This document shows, piece by piece, positions 1 through 13,580 of a DNA stretch of 64,000 bases. How positions within the stretch are numbered: the first letter of the stretch is position 1; each line of letters begins with the position of its first letter. Position numbers and translations under genes: made by a program. This stretch comes from the human T2T-CHM13v2.0 reference genome, Homo sapiens: assembly GCF_009914755.1 (NCBI RefSeq), contig NC_060928.1, one strand, 5' to 3'. The notes under the pieces were generated by a model, which was given only the letters and a program-made list of their open reading frames with translations, was not told the origin of the DNA and did no database searches.

Positions 1-3000
1 AATGTATCGGACATTGTTGTAGGATGCTAGGGAAGAAGACAGCCAAGATTTCTGCTTTGATGAAGCTTATATTAGGGTCCCAATTGTGGAATTTTGTGTA
101 GTTGTTAAAATAGGGAACTGTGTAATTTTCCATCAATAAGAGATAATAGGTTTTGATTTCATAAGTGCTTCTATCCCTTTCTCAATTCTGTTGTGTATGT
201 TTAGAAATGTCTTTCTAGAATATTCCTTTGGGTGGCAGCAAATAAAAAGAGAATCTTTTTGGAACCGTCTATTTGTATCTACCCACAGTAAGCTCATCTA
301 CTGACAATCCATTGTTGATGCTTATTCTCATGGGTCAAAAAAATTCTTACATCCTATTTGCACTCTTTAATAGCAGTGTCACATCTGAACATTGTATTTA
401 ATGTAATTGAGTTGATTTTTTTTTTTTACTCTCGAGAGTCTCTTAGCCACATATACACTTGAAATAAATCATATATATACGATTTATATATAAATAAAAC
501 AGAATATATATTTGTACATATATTCTACTCCAGTTTAAATGAGAGCCTGTGAAACTTTAAGTATTGGTTCCAGTTTTGGATATAATAATACTTTAAAAAA
601 TAGTGTTTTAGTTACTATATCTAAAAATCCATTTTATCAGTACTTTGATATCAAGCATGATTAATTGGCTCAATATATTACATTTGAATTTGTTTTTGGC
701 ACCATACTGACTCAGCGTTTCTTAAGAATTTTGTCCTAAAACTGAAGATTTTTTTTTTTTTTTAAAGAGAAGATTCTTTTGGGGTATAGAAATTTCTTAA
801 ATTGCATACAAAATATTGTGTGCATTTATTTTTTTCTGGGGAAAGGTCCATGATTTTCAATGGATTCTCAAAGAAATCGGAGACATTTTCCAAGTTAAAG
901 TCCTTGCTTTAAACTGCTCTCCCTTGAATTGATTTAATAGCGATAGCAGGGAAGGGTTGGAGGTATACATAATCTCCACAGGCGGGAAATGAAACTTGTG
1001 GTTCAGGGACTTGGTATGTTTGGAAATCAAAAAATGACTTTGCAACCACAACTGGCCAAATTTCCTCATTTACAGCATTTAGGATGAAATCCCAAATGTT
1101 GATTCTCATCCTACTGGGTGATGGGAGAAAGTGTAAAATGCTCATTTGTGTTTACATGGCAATATTCAACTTTGTTTAATTATTTTGCTGTATAAGCTGT
1201 CCTATCCTATCATCTCCAAATACTGTTTTCCTCTAATTAGACAGCAGTTGGTTTGAACCAAAGAAAGCTTCAGGGGGACTAAGAATCTCATTCAGTTCCA
1301 AGGATACCAGAATAATTTGTCTGGGTCTTTGGGAGCCCATGCCAAGGGGTCTGTTTTTTTGTAATGATTCCTGAGGCCTTTATGCTTTCTATGTGAAATT
1401 TTTTGAGACATAGGTGATAATTTTTCACATTCTAGAACAGTTCCCATTTTTCTTCCTAAAGCTCAAGAGTGAGAACTGAACATGAAAGGAACTCATTTAA
1501 AAGTTCTTTAATAGCCTGTCGTTTTTCTTTCCTCTCTCTTTGGAAACCTAATAAAAATGGGTTAGCCTTGCTTTTCTTTTGCCTACATCCTTCATTCCCA
1601 CTTATTTACTATTATGATTATTATTTATAAATCTTCATGTTGAATACTTTTTCACTGAAGATTCAGTTGTCCATTTCTCTAGCATTATTGGATCACAGCC
1701 AGGGGATAGAGATTAAATGTTAAACCAATCTAATATTATTCCAGTAATTTGTTCTTACAGAAAGCAAGGAGGTAAGGTTCAGCGTCCACACTGAAAATGG
1801 AGCAGGAAGGTTTAATATTCCCATTTAAACATCTCCTTTCTATTGAAGAACATAAAAGTCTTCTGATACTTGAGCTGACCATGACAAAGAGGGGGAAAAA
1901 AGAAAAATTTGGGTTCTGTGAAAATACATGGAGTTGCATGGAATAGAGATTTGTCTGAAGAAACTGAGATGACTGAGTGTCTGAGCATGAGGTGGAAGGG
2001 CACAGGTGAGGGGGGAAGAGTGGGCAGGACCAGATGATGAGGACCCCCGATTATCATCCGGAGCGGGGAAACATGGGGTGTGGAACAGGCGTGAACGGTT
2101 CAATGTGCAGGGAGAAGTAGAAAGTGTTCTTCCCAGATTTCCTTCATGGAATTCGTTCAAAAGGAATCTCTTTATGACTATTTGGGGTAGAAAGCATGAT
2201 TACAAGGGACACAAATGTAAGCTGACCTCTTCTGAGTGAGGCAGTAGGAAGAGTTTTTCTGTTGTTCTGAGGAGATGCTTGAGCAAGTGGAGGAGATGCT
2301 TCGGAGAAGATAGAAGGTTCTCTGGCTTCAGGATGGGTCTTCTGCTACTCAACTTGGTCATTGCTGAAGTGAGTGGACTTAGGGACAAAAATCTAGGAAG
2401 TAACTGATCTTTGAACTCAGGTTTACATCAACAGCTGAGGGACAGCCCGTATAGAGAGAGTCTGCAGAAACAGGACGATGAGCTGCAGGCACTTGCAGAG
2501 AGCACATGAGGGGTGTGGATTGGCTCCGGCCAGGCATGGTTTTGAAATGTGGGCTATGTTTAAGCAGATCTCTAAGGAGTAAGGTAAACAGGCTTTTGCG
2601 TTGCCAGGGTTTCAGAAAGCCTGTTCTTGCAGCTGCGTGGAGCGTGCCCTAGAGAGAGGGTGAGCAGCTTGTGGCCCCCACAATCCAGAGAATAAAAAGA
2701 ACTGCTGTCTTACAGTGGGTCTTATTAAATATGACTTCTACTTCAGAGAACATTGATCCTCTCACAGATAAACTCCCTTAACTTCCTGTCCTCAGAATAG
2801 ATACATTTATAACTGCATCACACCCTTTTCACTTCCTCTCCTCTTATTTATGAGGACAAAATGTTCCCGTACAGTCCAAATTCATCATTCTCCATGACCC
2901 TTGATCCTTTGATTATATTTTTTCATTTACATTTAATTTCTTTCTAGCCCTATAGCCCCCTTCCCTTCAGCATTAAAACCTATTTCTATGTCTCTTTCAA

Positions 3001-3749
3001 CTTTTATACAATAGCTTATTTTTTATTAATTGCATGTTCATTGTAGAAAATGTATAAAACATAGAAAACTAAAACGGAAATAAAATTATTCATAATCTCA
3101 TTTGCAATGTATGTCCTCTTTTAGTCTTCAAGTATACACACAAATGTATTGGAATGTAAATATTCAAACCATTTTAAAATGCAACTTTAGTTTTTGTATA
3201 TTTTCATTTCTTTGGGGCACTAGCAGAATGCAATGCAGAAATATAGGGAGTGGTTGGCGATTTGGAAAGTAGAAAGGAAGGTTCCTTTCGAACTAAGAAG
3301 AAGTCAAAGGATGGAGGAAGAAGAAAAAACCACATCCATGTTGGGAACCTGGATGATGACAATGAGAAGCTGCAGACTGTGGTCCCATTGCTTAGTAAGA
3401 ACTCGGAGAAGAGATCTAACACAGAACCACTTTGAGAAACATAGTTTAAATGACAGGAGCCACCACTGGATTTGAGTCACCTCTCAAAGATGGTCCTTTA
3501 TTTTAGAACCTCTGATTATCTGCACTTGTGTCCTATGTCTATTATTCCTCACATCAGTGGGGCCCAAGAGGACTTTAATTTATCTCCATCTGTCACTTCA
3601 GTCTTTGGCTGCCAAGCAGAGGAGTGTCCCCTTCCTTGCCACAGTTTCTCTCTCAGTGTTTATCTGAATAACCAGTGTGGACAATGCCTTCTACAATGCC
3701 TCAGGACATTTGTACATATAGGAAGAGTGTCAGCCTCGGAAATCTAGTG

Positions 3750-4920
3750 GCATGTCTTAAAATTTCTTGCCCATTTTTCTTTGTTATACAGTGTTCTCTA
3801 ATTGTCGAGTTCTCAGATTTCTTTATTTATGTGGAATATAAGTTCTTTATCAGACATTTGATATGAAAATATTATTTTCCAATATATGGCTTGTCAATTT
3901 ATCTTAAAAGTAACTTTTGAAAAGCAGATGTTTTTAATTTTGACATAATTTAATACATCAATTTGTTCTTTTGTTTCTTGCTTTTGGTGTTACATCCAAA
4001 TGTCTTTACCTCACCCAAAGTCATAAAGGTTTTCTCCTTCGTTTTCTTGTAGAAGTGTTTCTGTTCTAGGTTTTATATTTATAGGATACATTTTGAGTTG
4101 ATTTTTGTATATGGTGTGAGATATAGATAATTTTTTTACATTTATTAAAAACATCTTCCTTTCCCTGCTGAATTGCTTTATCGAAAATCAGTTGACTGTA
4201 TATGTGTGGCTCTATTGCTGGATTGTCTATTATGGCCCATCAATTTACTTGTCAGTCTTAACAACTATACTACCCTGCCTTGACTTTGGTAGCTGTATAA
4301 TATGTCTTTAAATCAGGTATTATTCCTTCAATTTTGTCATTTTTCAAAGTTAACTTGGCTATTCTAGTTCTTTTGCATTCCACTTGAAGTTTAAAATTAT
4401 TTTGGCAATTTATTTTAAAAATTCATGCTGTGAATTTTATTGGTATGGTAGTGAATCTGTAGGTTAGTTTGGGGGAAGAGTTTGACCTCTTCACAATATT
4501 GAGTCTTCCAACCCATGACAATAATAGACATCTACATTCGTTTAGGTCTTTAATTTCTCTCAACAATGTTTTGTAGATTTCAAGGTACAGGTCTTGTGTA
4601 TTTTTTGTCATATTTATCCCTAAGTATCTAATAATTTAAATGCTATTGCAAATAATATTTTTAAAGATTTCAATTTACAATAGTTTGCTTTTAGTGTACA
4701 GAAATACATTTGGTTTTTATATATTGAGCTTACATCCTGCAATCTTGCTAAATTCACTTCTTAGTCTTAGTAGCTTTTTGGTAGATTCCATCATATTTTC
4801 TACATAGATAATCATGTCATTTGTGCATAAAATCCACTTTTTTGAATCTTTTCCAATCGAGATGCTTTTATTTGTTTTTCTTGCTTTATTGCACTGGCTA
4901 GAACCTTCAATGAAATGTCA
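3750..4920 (-). mobile_element. Old L1 (L1M-type) ORF2/3' fragment
   Basis: ORF 4423..4611(-) gives YKTLLREIKDLN...SWVGRLNIVK...PIK (L1 ORF2-like) and 4812..5021(-) gives LKVLASAIKQEKQIK. Confidence 0.85.
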
Positions 4921-5229
4921 AATAACAGTTTTCTTTCTAAATAAAAAAACAAAATTATACTAACATGCTTCAATGATAACTGCTTTAAAATGTAACAATA
5001 TATCATGTACATGTATTTCATTTTTGATGGCTACATACATGATATCATATAGGTCAACTAAAATCTATATTATCTATATTACAATTAGAAACTTTTGTTT
5101 GCTTGGATGTCAGTCATATCTAGATATTTTTGCCCATCTCAAAGTCATACAAATTTTTTCTATGCCTTCTTCTAAAAGTATAATTGTTTTAGGTTTTACA
5201 TTTTGTATTCTCTCTTATAGCTAGTTCTG

Positions 5230-5700
5230 TGCCCAAAATTTAAGTAGCAAAATATTGTGCACATCTGTGATTATTTCATTAAGATAAATTCTTAGAAATG
5301 AAATTTAAGGGAGAGGTTGGATACATAGTCAAGATTTCTGATATACATCTATCACACAAATATATAGCCAATACATCTATCACACAAATATATAGCCAAA
5401 TTGCCCTCCAGGAAAATTATACCAAATTATTTCACTATTAGCACGTTTTGAATGCCAATTTAAGAGGATAAAATTGGTATCAGCTATTGTTTAAATTTTC
5501 ATTTTTTTCACATTTATAAGAAATGTGAAAAAGGATGGAGGAAGAAGATAAAACCACATCCATGCTGGGAACCTGGATGGATATAATTGTTTGTGTAGTT
5601 ACTATTTGTATTATTTTGTGAATTTTTTTTCTGTTTCCTATTATATGTTTTCCATTGTTTGCTCATCGTACTGATGTTTCAGAACTCTTTTATGTTTATC
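5230..5700 (-). mobile_element. Very old L1 (L1ME-like) fragment
   Basis: Degenerate L1M 3' motifs (gataaattcttagaaatgaaatt, ccaaattgccctccaggaaa). Approximate bounds. Confidence 0.5.
5343..5398. repeat. Perfect 28-bp tandem duplication
   Basis: atacatctatcacacaaatatatagcca occurs twice, at 5343-5370 and 5371-5398. Confidence 0.95.
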
Positions 5701-5760
5701 TTCCAGTAAAAACATCTATCTTTTGGTTCTGTGCTCCACCTATAGCTACTGACTTGCTTA

Positions 5761-7050
<1,290 letters not shown>

Positions 7051-7419
7051 TTACCTTGAATATTATCTGCCTTAATATTAATATTAATGGTTTTACATTA
7101 TTAACTTAATTCTCACAACCTTTCTGTGGTGGACATCCTATTATTACCTCTATTTAGATAAGAAAGGGGTGGCTAAGAAACTTGCCTGTGGTCATCCTTC
7201 TCTCTGGCAAAGCCAGCTATTTTGAATTTCTGAATGGTTTATCCTCTGCGTGTTTAAATGTACTATTTTCTTTCCTAGGACTGCTTCAACTCTCTGTATC
7301 TCACTGGGAAACATCTAGTCACCATTCAAAACCAGTTTCAACTACCTCCTCCCCTGGGAAGCATTTTCTAATACACCCAGGCAGAAATGATCCCTCCCTA
7401 CCCTGAACTACAGTGGCAG

Positions 7420-7650
7420 CGTAAGATCATGCTTACAACCATAGACTTGGACATCACATTGATTTGAAACTAATTCAGCTCCACCAGGTGAAAACTGAGA
7501 CCTCAGAAGATTTATTTAGTCTGTCTAAGCCTCAGTTTTCTCATTTGTGACACTATGATAAGAATACCGATTTCATGTTTCTCAGCAGGATTAAATGGGG
7601 CTACGTATGTAACAATGCACATACCACAATGCTTGGCACTATTAAGCAAT
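7420..7650 (+). mobile_element. MIR
   Basis: MIR core ctaagcctcagttttctcatttgtga...ggattaaatg. Confidence 0.7.
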
Positions 7651-10600
7651 GTGTGAATTCTGGCCGAATATTGTAGTCATTAACATAGTGGATCTTAGAA
7701 TACAGTTGTCATGGTAAATCTGTGCGTTTATCGAATTTACTTAATCATAACCCAGAAGGCAAATTTCCCTAGGCTCTAAGCGACCTGATATCCTCTGTAT
7801 TTGCCAAAACATTTCTATGGATATACTATAAATAATTTAATTGACCAAGCTTCTGTTTTTGCTTTGGCTGTGAAAGGTTTTAGAAGCAAATGATCTTCCC
7901 ACCTAACTACATACGGGACCTGGAGTACACATTGTCCTTATGTTTGCCTTATGAGTTCACTTCACTCTCTTTTACCACAACCTCCTTAACCATTCGCCTT
8001 ACTGTTCGGTACATATTTCTATAAACAGGCTCAAATCTTTTGTGCGTTGAGATGGAGTGCTAGTAATTTTTGGAGGGTACAACAAGAAAGGGCTGAGCTC
8101 GGCAACCAAAAAGCCTTTGTTGACTGACTGACGTTTGAATGCCTGATCTGTCAAATCACAATAATGGAAAGAAAATAATGCCAATTCCTCAATAATGGAT
8201 ATGATAATTTGCACTATTTTATATGGATAAAATTCTTTGATTTATTGAAATAAGAATAGCAGCTGAAAGGAGCTGAGGTATGTTTTATCTAATAAATGTG
8301 CAGCATGAAAATGCTCTGAACCATTAAGACCCATACAGAAACTTTATTTAAGGCCACATACTTGTGTTCTCAAATCTTTAGGAATCATGAAATGAAATGT
8401 GGCTACCTTTTATGTAATCAGTTTCTGAACAAAAACTTAAGAGAAAAAAGAGTCTTGTAAATATTTTAAAAACTATCTGAAAACCTAGATCAGTGAGTGA
8501 GTGACTAAGAATTACTTCAAATTACCATGTAAGTTAAATGTAGCCTGCCAGGTGCATTGCCAGGATTAGGTTTTAAAAAGCTCTTTCAATCTTCAAACTT
8601 CAATAAGGATCTTAAGGAAGCCCAGTTTTCTTGCTAATAGTGAGCCAGCAGAAAAGAGTCAGATGTTTGTTACTATCCTGTCATTGGGATTTTCCTTTAA
8701 ATCAACCACTCAGCAGCGCAGATCTCTGGGGAAACACTTTTTTTTTTTCATGATGTCAGTTTCTGAATTCAAGTGTGATACTGTCATAGAGTCTCACAGA
8801 ATTTTGAAGTGACCCCACTTCCATGGAAGGAACTCCCTAAACTGGGCCTCGACTCTTAAAAAGAAGAAAAATATACAAGTGGGTGATATTAAGCTCAGAA
8901 AATACTTCGTCTTTTCAGTGACTTAATTCCTCAAACCATGAGAAAGCTGTTGATTGCAATCAATTTACATAGAAATTTGTCAAACTATGCCAACATTGTG
9001 ACTGCAGCTTCAAAAAATATAACTGCCTGTAGTAAACAGCCCTGAATCTCCTGCGAATGCAGAGGCAGGCCATAAATGCTATGGGGTTCTTTTAACTTTA
9101 ATGCTTTAATATACACATCCCTCATGCCAAATTCTTTCACTGTAATGACATGATATCTTATAAAAAAGTAACAGGTTTGTGCATACAGGAGACATATTTG
9201 ACCTTGTGTGTTTTAAAAGATGATTGTGACAAGGTTTGCAACAGTGGAAATGGTTTTCTAGACAGGAGAAATCAGTGAGGTGGGTTGCCTTGACAACGTG
9301 GGTTAGTTGCATCAAGAAATCCATGGCAATACAGGACCTTCTTCTGTTATGTCAAGATTGCAAACAATCTACCAAATTAGGTTAAAAGAAAACGAATCCC
9401 ACAGCAAGGCAGTGTTATCTGACCTATGAAATATTAGTTCTCACTTTTTATCATGAACCTTGTTAGAAAAGATGAAAAAATCTAGGTGGGCAAGACAGAC
9501 AGGAGAGCAGGAGTAAAGTGGGTTTCACTCAAAAGTCTGCTCTCCTCTCCTCTAAAGCACTTCACCCCCAGAAGGATTCCAGGAGTTCTTGCATATTCTC
9601 TGAAAGTCGATCCTGCTAAGAAAAATCTTACCCCGATTCTGTTGATTTCCCCAGCAGTCTCCACAAAGCTTCTCTCTGGGGATTATCACTGCTCCTATTG
9701 CATATTCTTAAATAATGAGCATAAATAAGGATTACCACAACAAAGCTAGTTATTAGTTAAATAGAAAACAAAACCTGTTAACATATGTGCCCTGTAGTCC
9801 AATTATCCCGGTGGGGCTGAGGAAAGATTTATCTATAAAGTATTAAGCCTCAAAGACAAAGCCTGTTTTTGAAAACCTACATTATTGAACATGCTTGTTT
9901 CCTTCCCCCAGCAAGCACCCCTTTGTGGCACTGTTCAAAGTTCACAATTTTGATACCCTGCTTCTAAAAATCACCATAAAGCAATTTTGAATGAGAGCTT
10001 AGATTTTTCTTTTATAAAGGATTCTTTTAAGGTAATCAGAGCAATGCTTTTCTTTGGCTTAAACTGCAGTATGAGTTTCATTTTCAACACTGTCGCATGC
10101 TGCGACCCATTGGATGTTATCAGAGGTGGTCCCCAGTGCAGGGGACATACTGTTTGTCTGGGCTGCCCTTTGCTTTTGTCTTTCCTGACTTGAAGATTGT
10201 GGAAGTGAATTGGGACTGGAGGGACACATATTAGGAGCAAAGGAACTGCCTCTGTAACAACAAAGTTGCGAAGCACTAGGGCAAAGTCCCACGAGTTCAG
10301 ATAGTATGAATCTGCACACGATGATGGCTCCAACCTGTGCAGGGCCAAGGTAACCTAACAGACTGTGGTGTTGACTATGAAAGCTAAGAACAAAGAGAGT
10401 CTTTGTTCCAACTGGCATTTATTTTCTTTCTCCTGGGTGATAGGATGCCTAATAGATGGACCCACCATCTACAATAAAGGCCAGTGTTACTCATCAGGTT
10501 TTATGTCTGGTGGAAGCACAAACCATCACTCTAAGCCTATAAATAGTTTAAAGGGTACCAGTGGATGAATGAAAGCCTTGTTTGCTAGAAGTACCTTTAG

Positions 10601-10907
10601 AAGTGACAAGTGAACACACATAGCATCAACAATGGTTCACTGACTATATACCAGGGAGAAAAATAAGCTTATTTGGGAAATTCGCTAAAGAAAGAATCAT
10701 GGACAGCTTCTAATTCAGTCCTAAGTATTAGAATTTCTCATTAAATCAATATAAGAATGCAGAAAATCCACACAAGTATAAAGCCATAATTTGTGCTTTA
10801 CTACGTTCTTCTACCTTATAAGTTAATAGGTTCACCAACACACCTTGCATGCAAACTCTTAGGGACCACATGAACCAGGAATTTAATCTAAGAAAATAGA
10901 ACCCATC

Positions 10908-11007
10908 TTGATGGGTGCAGCAAATCAGCATGGCACATGTATATGCATGTAACAAAGCTGCATTTTCTGCACGTGTATCCCAGAACTTAAAGTATAATAA
11001 CAAAAAA
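10908..11007 (+). mobile_element. Very short 5'-truncated L1PA 3' end
   Basis: ttgatgggtgcagcaaatcagcatggcacatgtata...cccagaacttaaagtataataa is the primate L1 3' terminus. Confidence 0.92.
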
Positions 11008-11314
11008 TTCTAGCTACAGCATATTCAGTGAAGAATAAAATCTCTTCCACAAATAAATAATAGGGCAGTAAGAAATGAAGTGTGGCAGAGTAATTCTATA
11101 TTAAAAAAAAAGAACCCATCTTTATGCCAATGACATCTAGCACCTAACTGAGGCTTTCTTTTTGATATTTTCAGAATGATTGAAAAATGTGTTAGTAATC
11201 ATTCTCTCCCTGAGTCAATGCTACACAAAACGCAGTCCTGCACTGGCTGTGTTCACTGGGAACATGGTAGAAATGCAGAATTTCGTGCCCCACCTTATGC
11301 CTACTGAACCAAGA

Positions 11315-11673
11315 TGATATGGTTTGCCTGTGTCCTCACCCAAATCTCATCTTGAATTGTAGCTCCCATAATTCCCATGTGTTTTGGGAGGGACCCAGTG
11401 GGAGTTAATTGAATCATGGGGGTGGGTATTTCCTGTGCTATTCTCATGATAGTGAATAAGTCTCATGAGACCTAATGGTTTTATAAAGGGGAGTTTCCTT
11501 GCACAAGTTCTCTTCTCCTGTCTGCCGCCATGTGAGATGTGCTTTTCACCTTACACAATGATTGTGAGACCTCACCAGTCATGTAGAACTGTGAGTTCAT
11601 TAAACCTCTTTCTTTTGTAAATTGCTCAGTCTCGGGTATGTCTTTATCAGCAGCATGTAAACAGACTAATACA
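11315..11673 (+). mobile_element. THE1 (ERVL-MaLR) solo LTR
   Basis: TGATATGGTTTG...CAGACTAATACA termini and a perfect 5-bp TSD CAAGA (11310-11314, 11674-11678). TATA at 11482, ATTAAA at 11599. Confidence 0.95.
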
Positions 11674-12559
11674 CAAGACTTGATTTTTTTTTTATTTTTA
11701 TTTTTTGAGACGTATGCCATATACCTAGAGGAAAAGTACCATTTTAACAACCATCTAGAATTTCACTGTATGACAATATCTTGCTCTATTCCTCTGCACC
11801 CTTCTTTCCCATTATCTCAAGATAATCACTTTCAAATATGTTAAATAATCCTCCTGATATTTACCTCCATCTTTTTATATAATGGTCTTCTATTGCTATT
11901 GACGGCTCATTAATATTACAGTTTATCTATTGATCTCATTATTGTTGAAGACTTAATGCTTAGCCATACCATTTCTCCCTCGCATTTCCCATAACGTCCC
12001 AATATAAGTGTATGGCTACATTGGACATATCAATATAAGACATTATAACTATATAAAATAGGCATTCATTAAATAAATTAACTGTTACTCTAGAGCAGTG
12101 CTTTTGAAAGTGTCCTCTGGGGACCCTGAGACCCTTTCAAGGGATCCATGCAGTCAAAACTAATGATAATTCTTTGTTTTTTATTTTAACCAAATTTGGT
12201 TAAATTTGGTTAGAGTGTTTCATTGAAATCAACTTAAGCTGGGATCTTAGTTTCTACTGTTTCTCCAAAGTCACTTGATAAGTGCCTTTGATTCAGAAAT
12301 TTGGATGAGGAGACACTCTAGGGAAGACTGAAGATGTAGGCTATGTGGAAACCAGGAGATTATTTTTCTTACAGAAATAAATTCTTGAGCTTAGTCTTTT
12401 TCAAAAGACTCGAGCCTACCTATTAAAGGTGTCTGGAGATACCTTTATGACAATGAAATATCTTTATGACAATGAGTCTTTGGAGCACGCACCTTCTTCA
12501 GGAGCTGAGTGGCTGAAGTCATACTGAAGATCAGTGCCAGCCAGCCCTTTTTGGCCAGT

Positions 12560-13101
12560 GTACCTTGGGAAAGGAATATTTATCTAGGCTGCTGGGATCA
12601 TCTTCCACATTTAAGGCATACAGTTGCACAAATTTGTCTGTGGCTGTCACAGGGAGCAGTGGTCCAAGGAGGACCAGAGGCTCCTAGACATATCTGTTGG
12701 GCCTGAGGCTAAGAATCCCACAATGAACTACAAACAGAAGCCACAGTTGTTCAAGGTTGCTCAGTGCCAGAAAACTAAGGTGAATCAGGTGCATCAGGCA
12801 TCTAAATTCCAGCACTCAAAAGACTGTCTGTAGCAGTTGGGGCCAAGTAGGTTTCTCCTCCTTCATTGAAATGGTACGCTTTGGTGCTCCTGGTGTCAGC
12901 CACTGCTGAGTTTTTCACTTCTGCTTCTTCCATTTCAAGGTTCTTGAACCAAATAGTTATCACTGGATCATCAAGGTGGAGGGTTGATGCTGCATAGCAA
13001 TCTGTGTACACGGTCTTTTGGAACACACATTTCAACACTCTAAGCTGTTCCAGGGTAAAACCTGGATGGCTTCAATGTGCACAGCTTGGTTTTGCTGACA
13101 T
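12560..13101 (-). pseudogene. Processed (intronless) LEUTX-like PRD-class K50 homeobox pseudogene
   Basis: Minus-strand conceptual translation with stops (*) and frameshifts (/): MSAKPSCAH*SHPGFTLEQLRVLKCVFQKTVYTDCYAASTLHLDDPVITIWFKN/LKWKKQK*KTQQWLTPGAPKRTISMKEEKP/...SAGI*...SSLWDS*PQAQQICLGASGPPWTTAPCD/TDKFVQLYALNVEDDPSSLDKYSFP. Collinear with recalled human LEUTX (LASKLQLDLSVVKIWFKNQRAKWKRQ...SSWDSQSYDIEQICLGASNPPW...DEFVKIYDLPGEDDTSSLNQYLFP). Confidence 0.85.
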
Positions 13102-13349
13102 GAGATTGTTTGGGAATGCTACAGTTCAATCAGCTGGGTCACGATAGCCACGCTGTAATGTCTCTGTCTACTCTGTGTCCTTTTAGTTTTTTGTATCTTT
13201 GAATTCTAAATAAGGTTATATTTTGAAGTGGGAGGGGGGATTAAACAGCGTTGAAAACCAGTTGTAATCTCAAAGACACTTTGAACGAAAATTCTAGAAC
13301 CATCAAAATGCTAAAAAGCTGAAATTAACTTATAGTGTAAACATACTAA

Positions 13350-13580
13350 TAGTTCATATTTATTCTCATCATGTTCCAGATATGATGCTAAGTGGTTTAC
13401 ATGCATTATCTTATTCAGCTCTCCTACGAACCATCTAAGGGGGTACATACTATTATCCCCGTTTACGCAGGAGGAAATGGAGGAATAGCTTATCCAACGT
13501 TACAAAGCTACGATGACTGCTTTTAAGAACCCACACCCTAGCTGCTGACTCTACAGCTCAAGATCTTAATCACTACACTG
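13350..13580 (-). mobile_element. MIR
   Basis: tattatccccgtttacgcaggaggaaatggagg is the MIR core in reverse. Confidence 0.65.

Noticed and set aside
3233-3475. Charged short ORFs suggesting a processed pseudogene
   Set aside because: No recognisable protein, poly-A or TSD. The purine-rich composition fits decayed L2-type sequence.
9971-10418. Overlapping 119-125-aa minus-strand ORFs and a plus-strand donor-like aag|gtaacc at about 10349
   Set aside because: No recognisable protein motif and no match to recalled MARCH1 downstream exons (WEKLQMTTSERRK). An lncRNA exon cannot be supported from sequence alone.
12160-12559. Possible 3'UTR, poly-A remnant and TSD of the LEUTX-like retrocopy
   Set aside because: T-rich patches at about 12171-12187 and 12396-12401 are candidates, but no convincing TSD was found, so the boundary is left uncalled.
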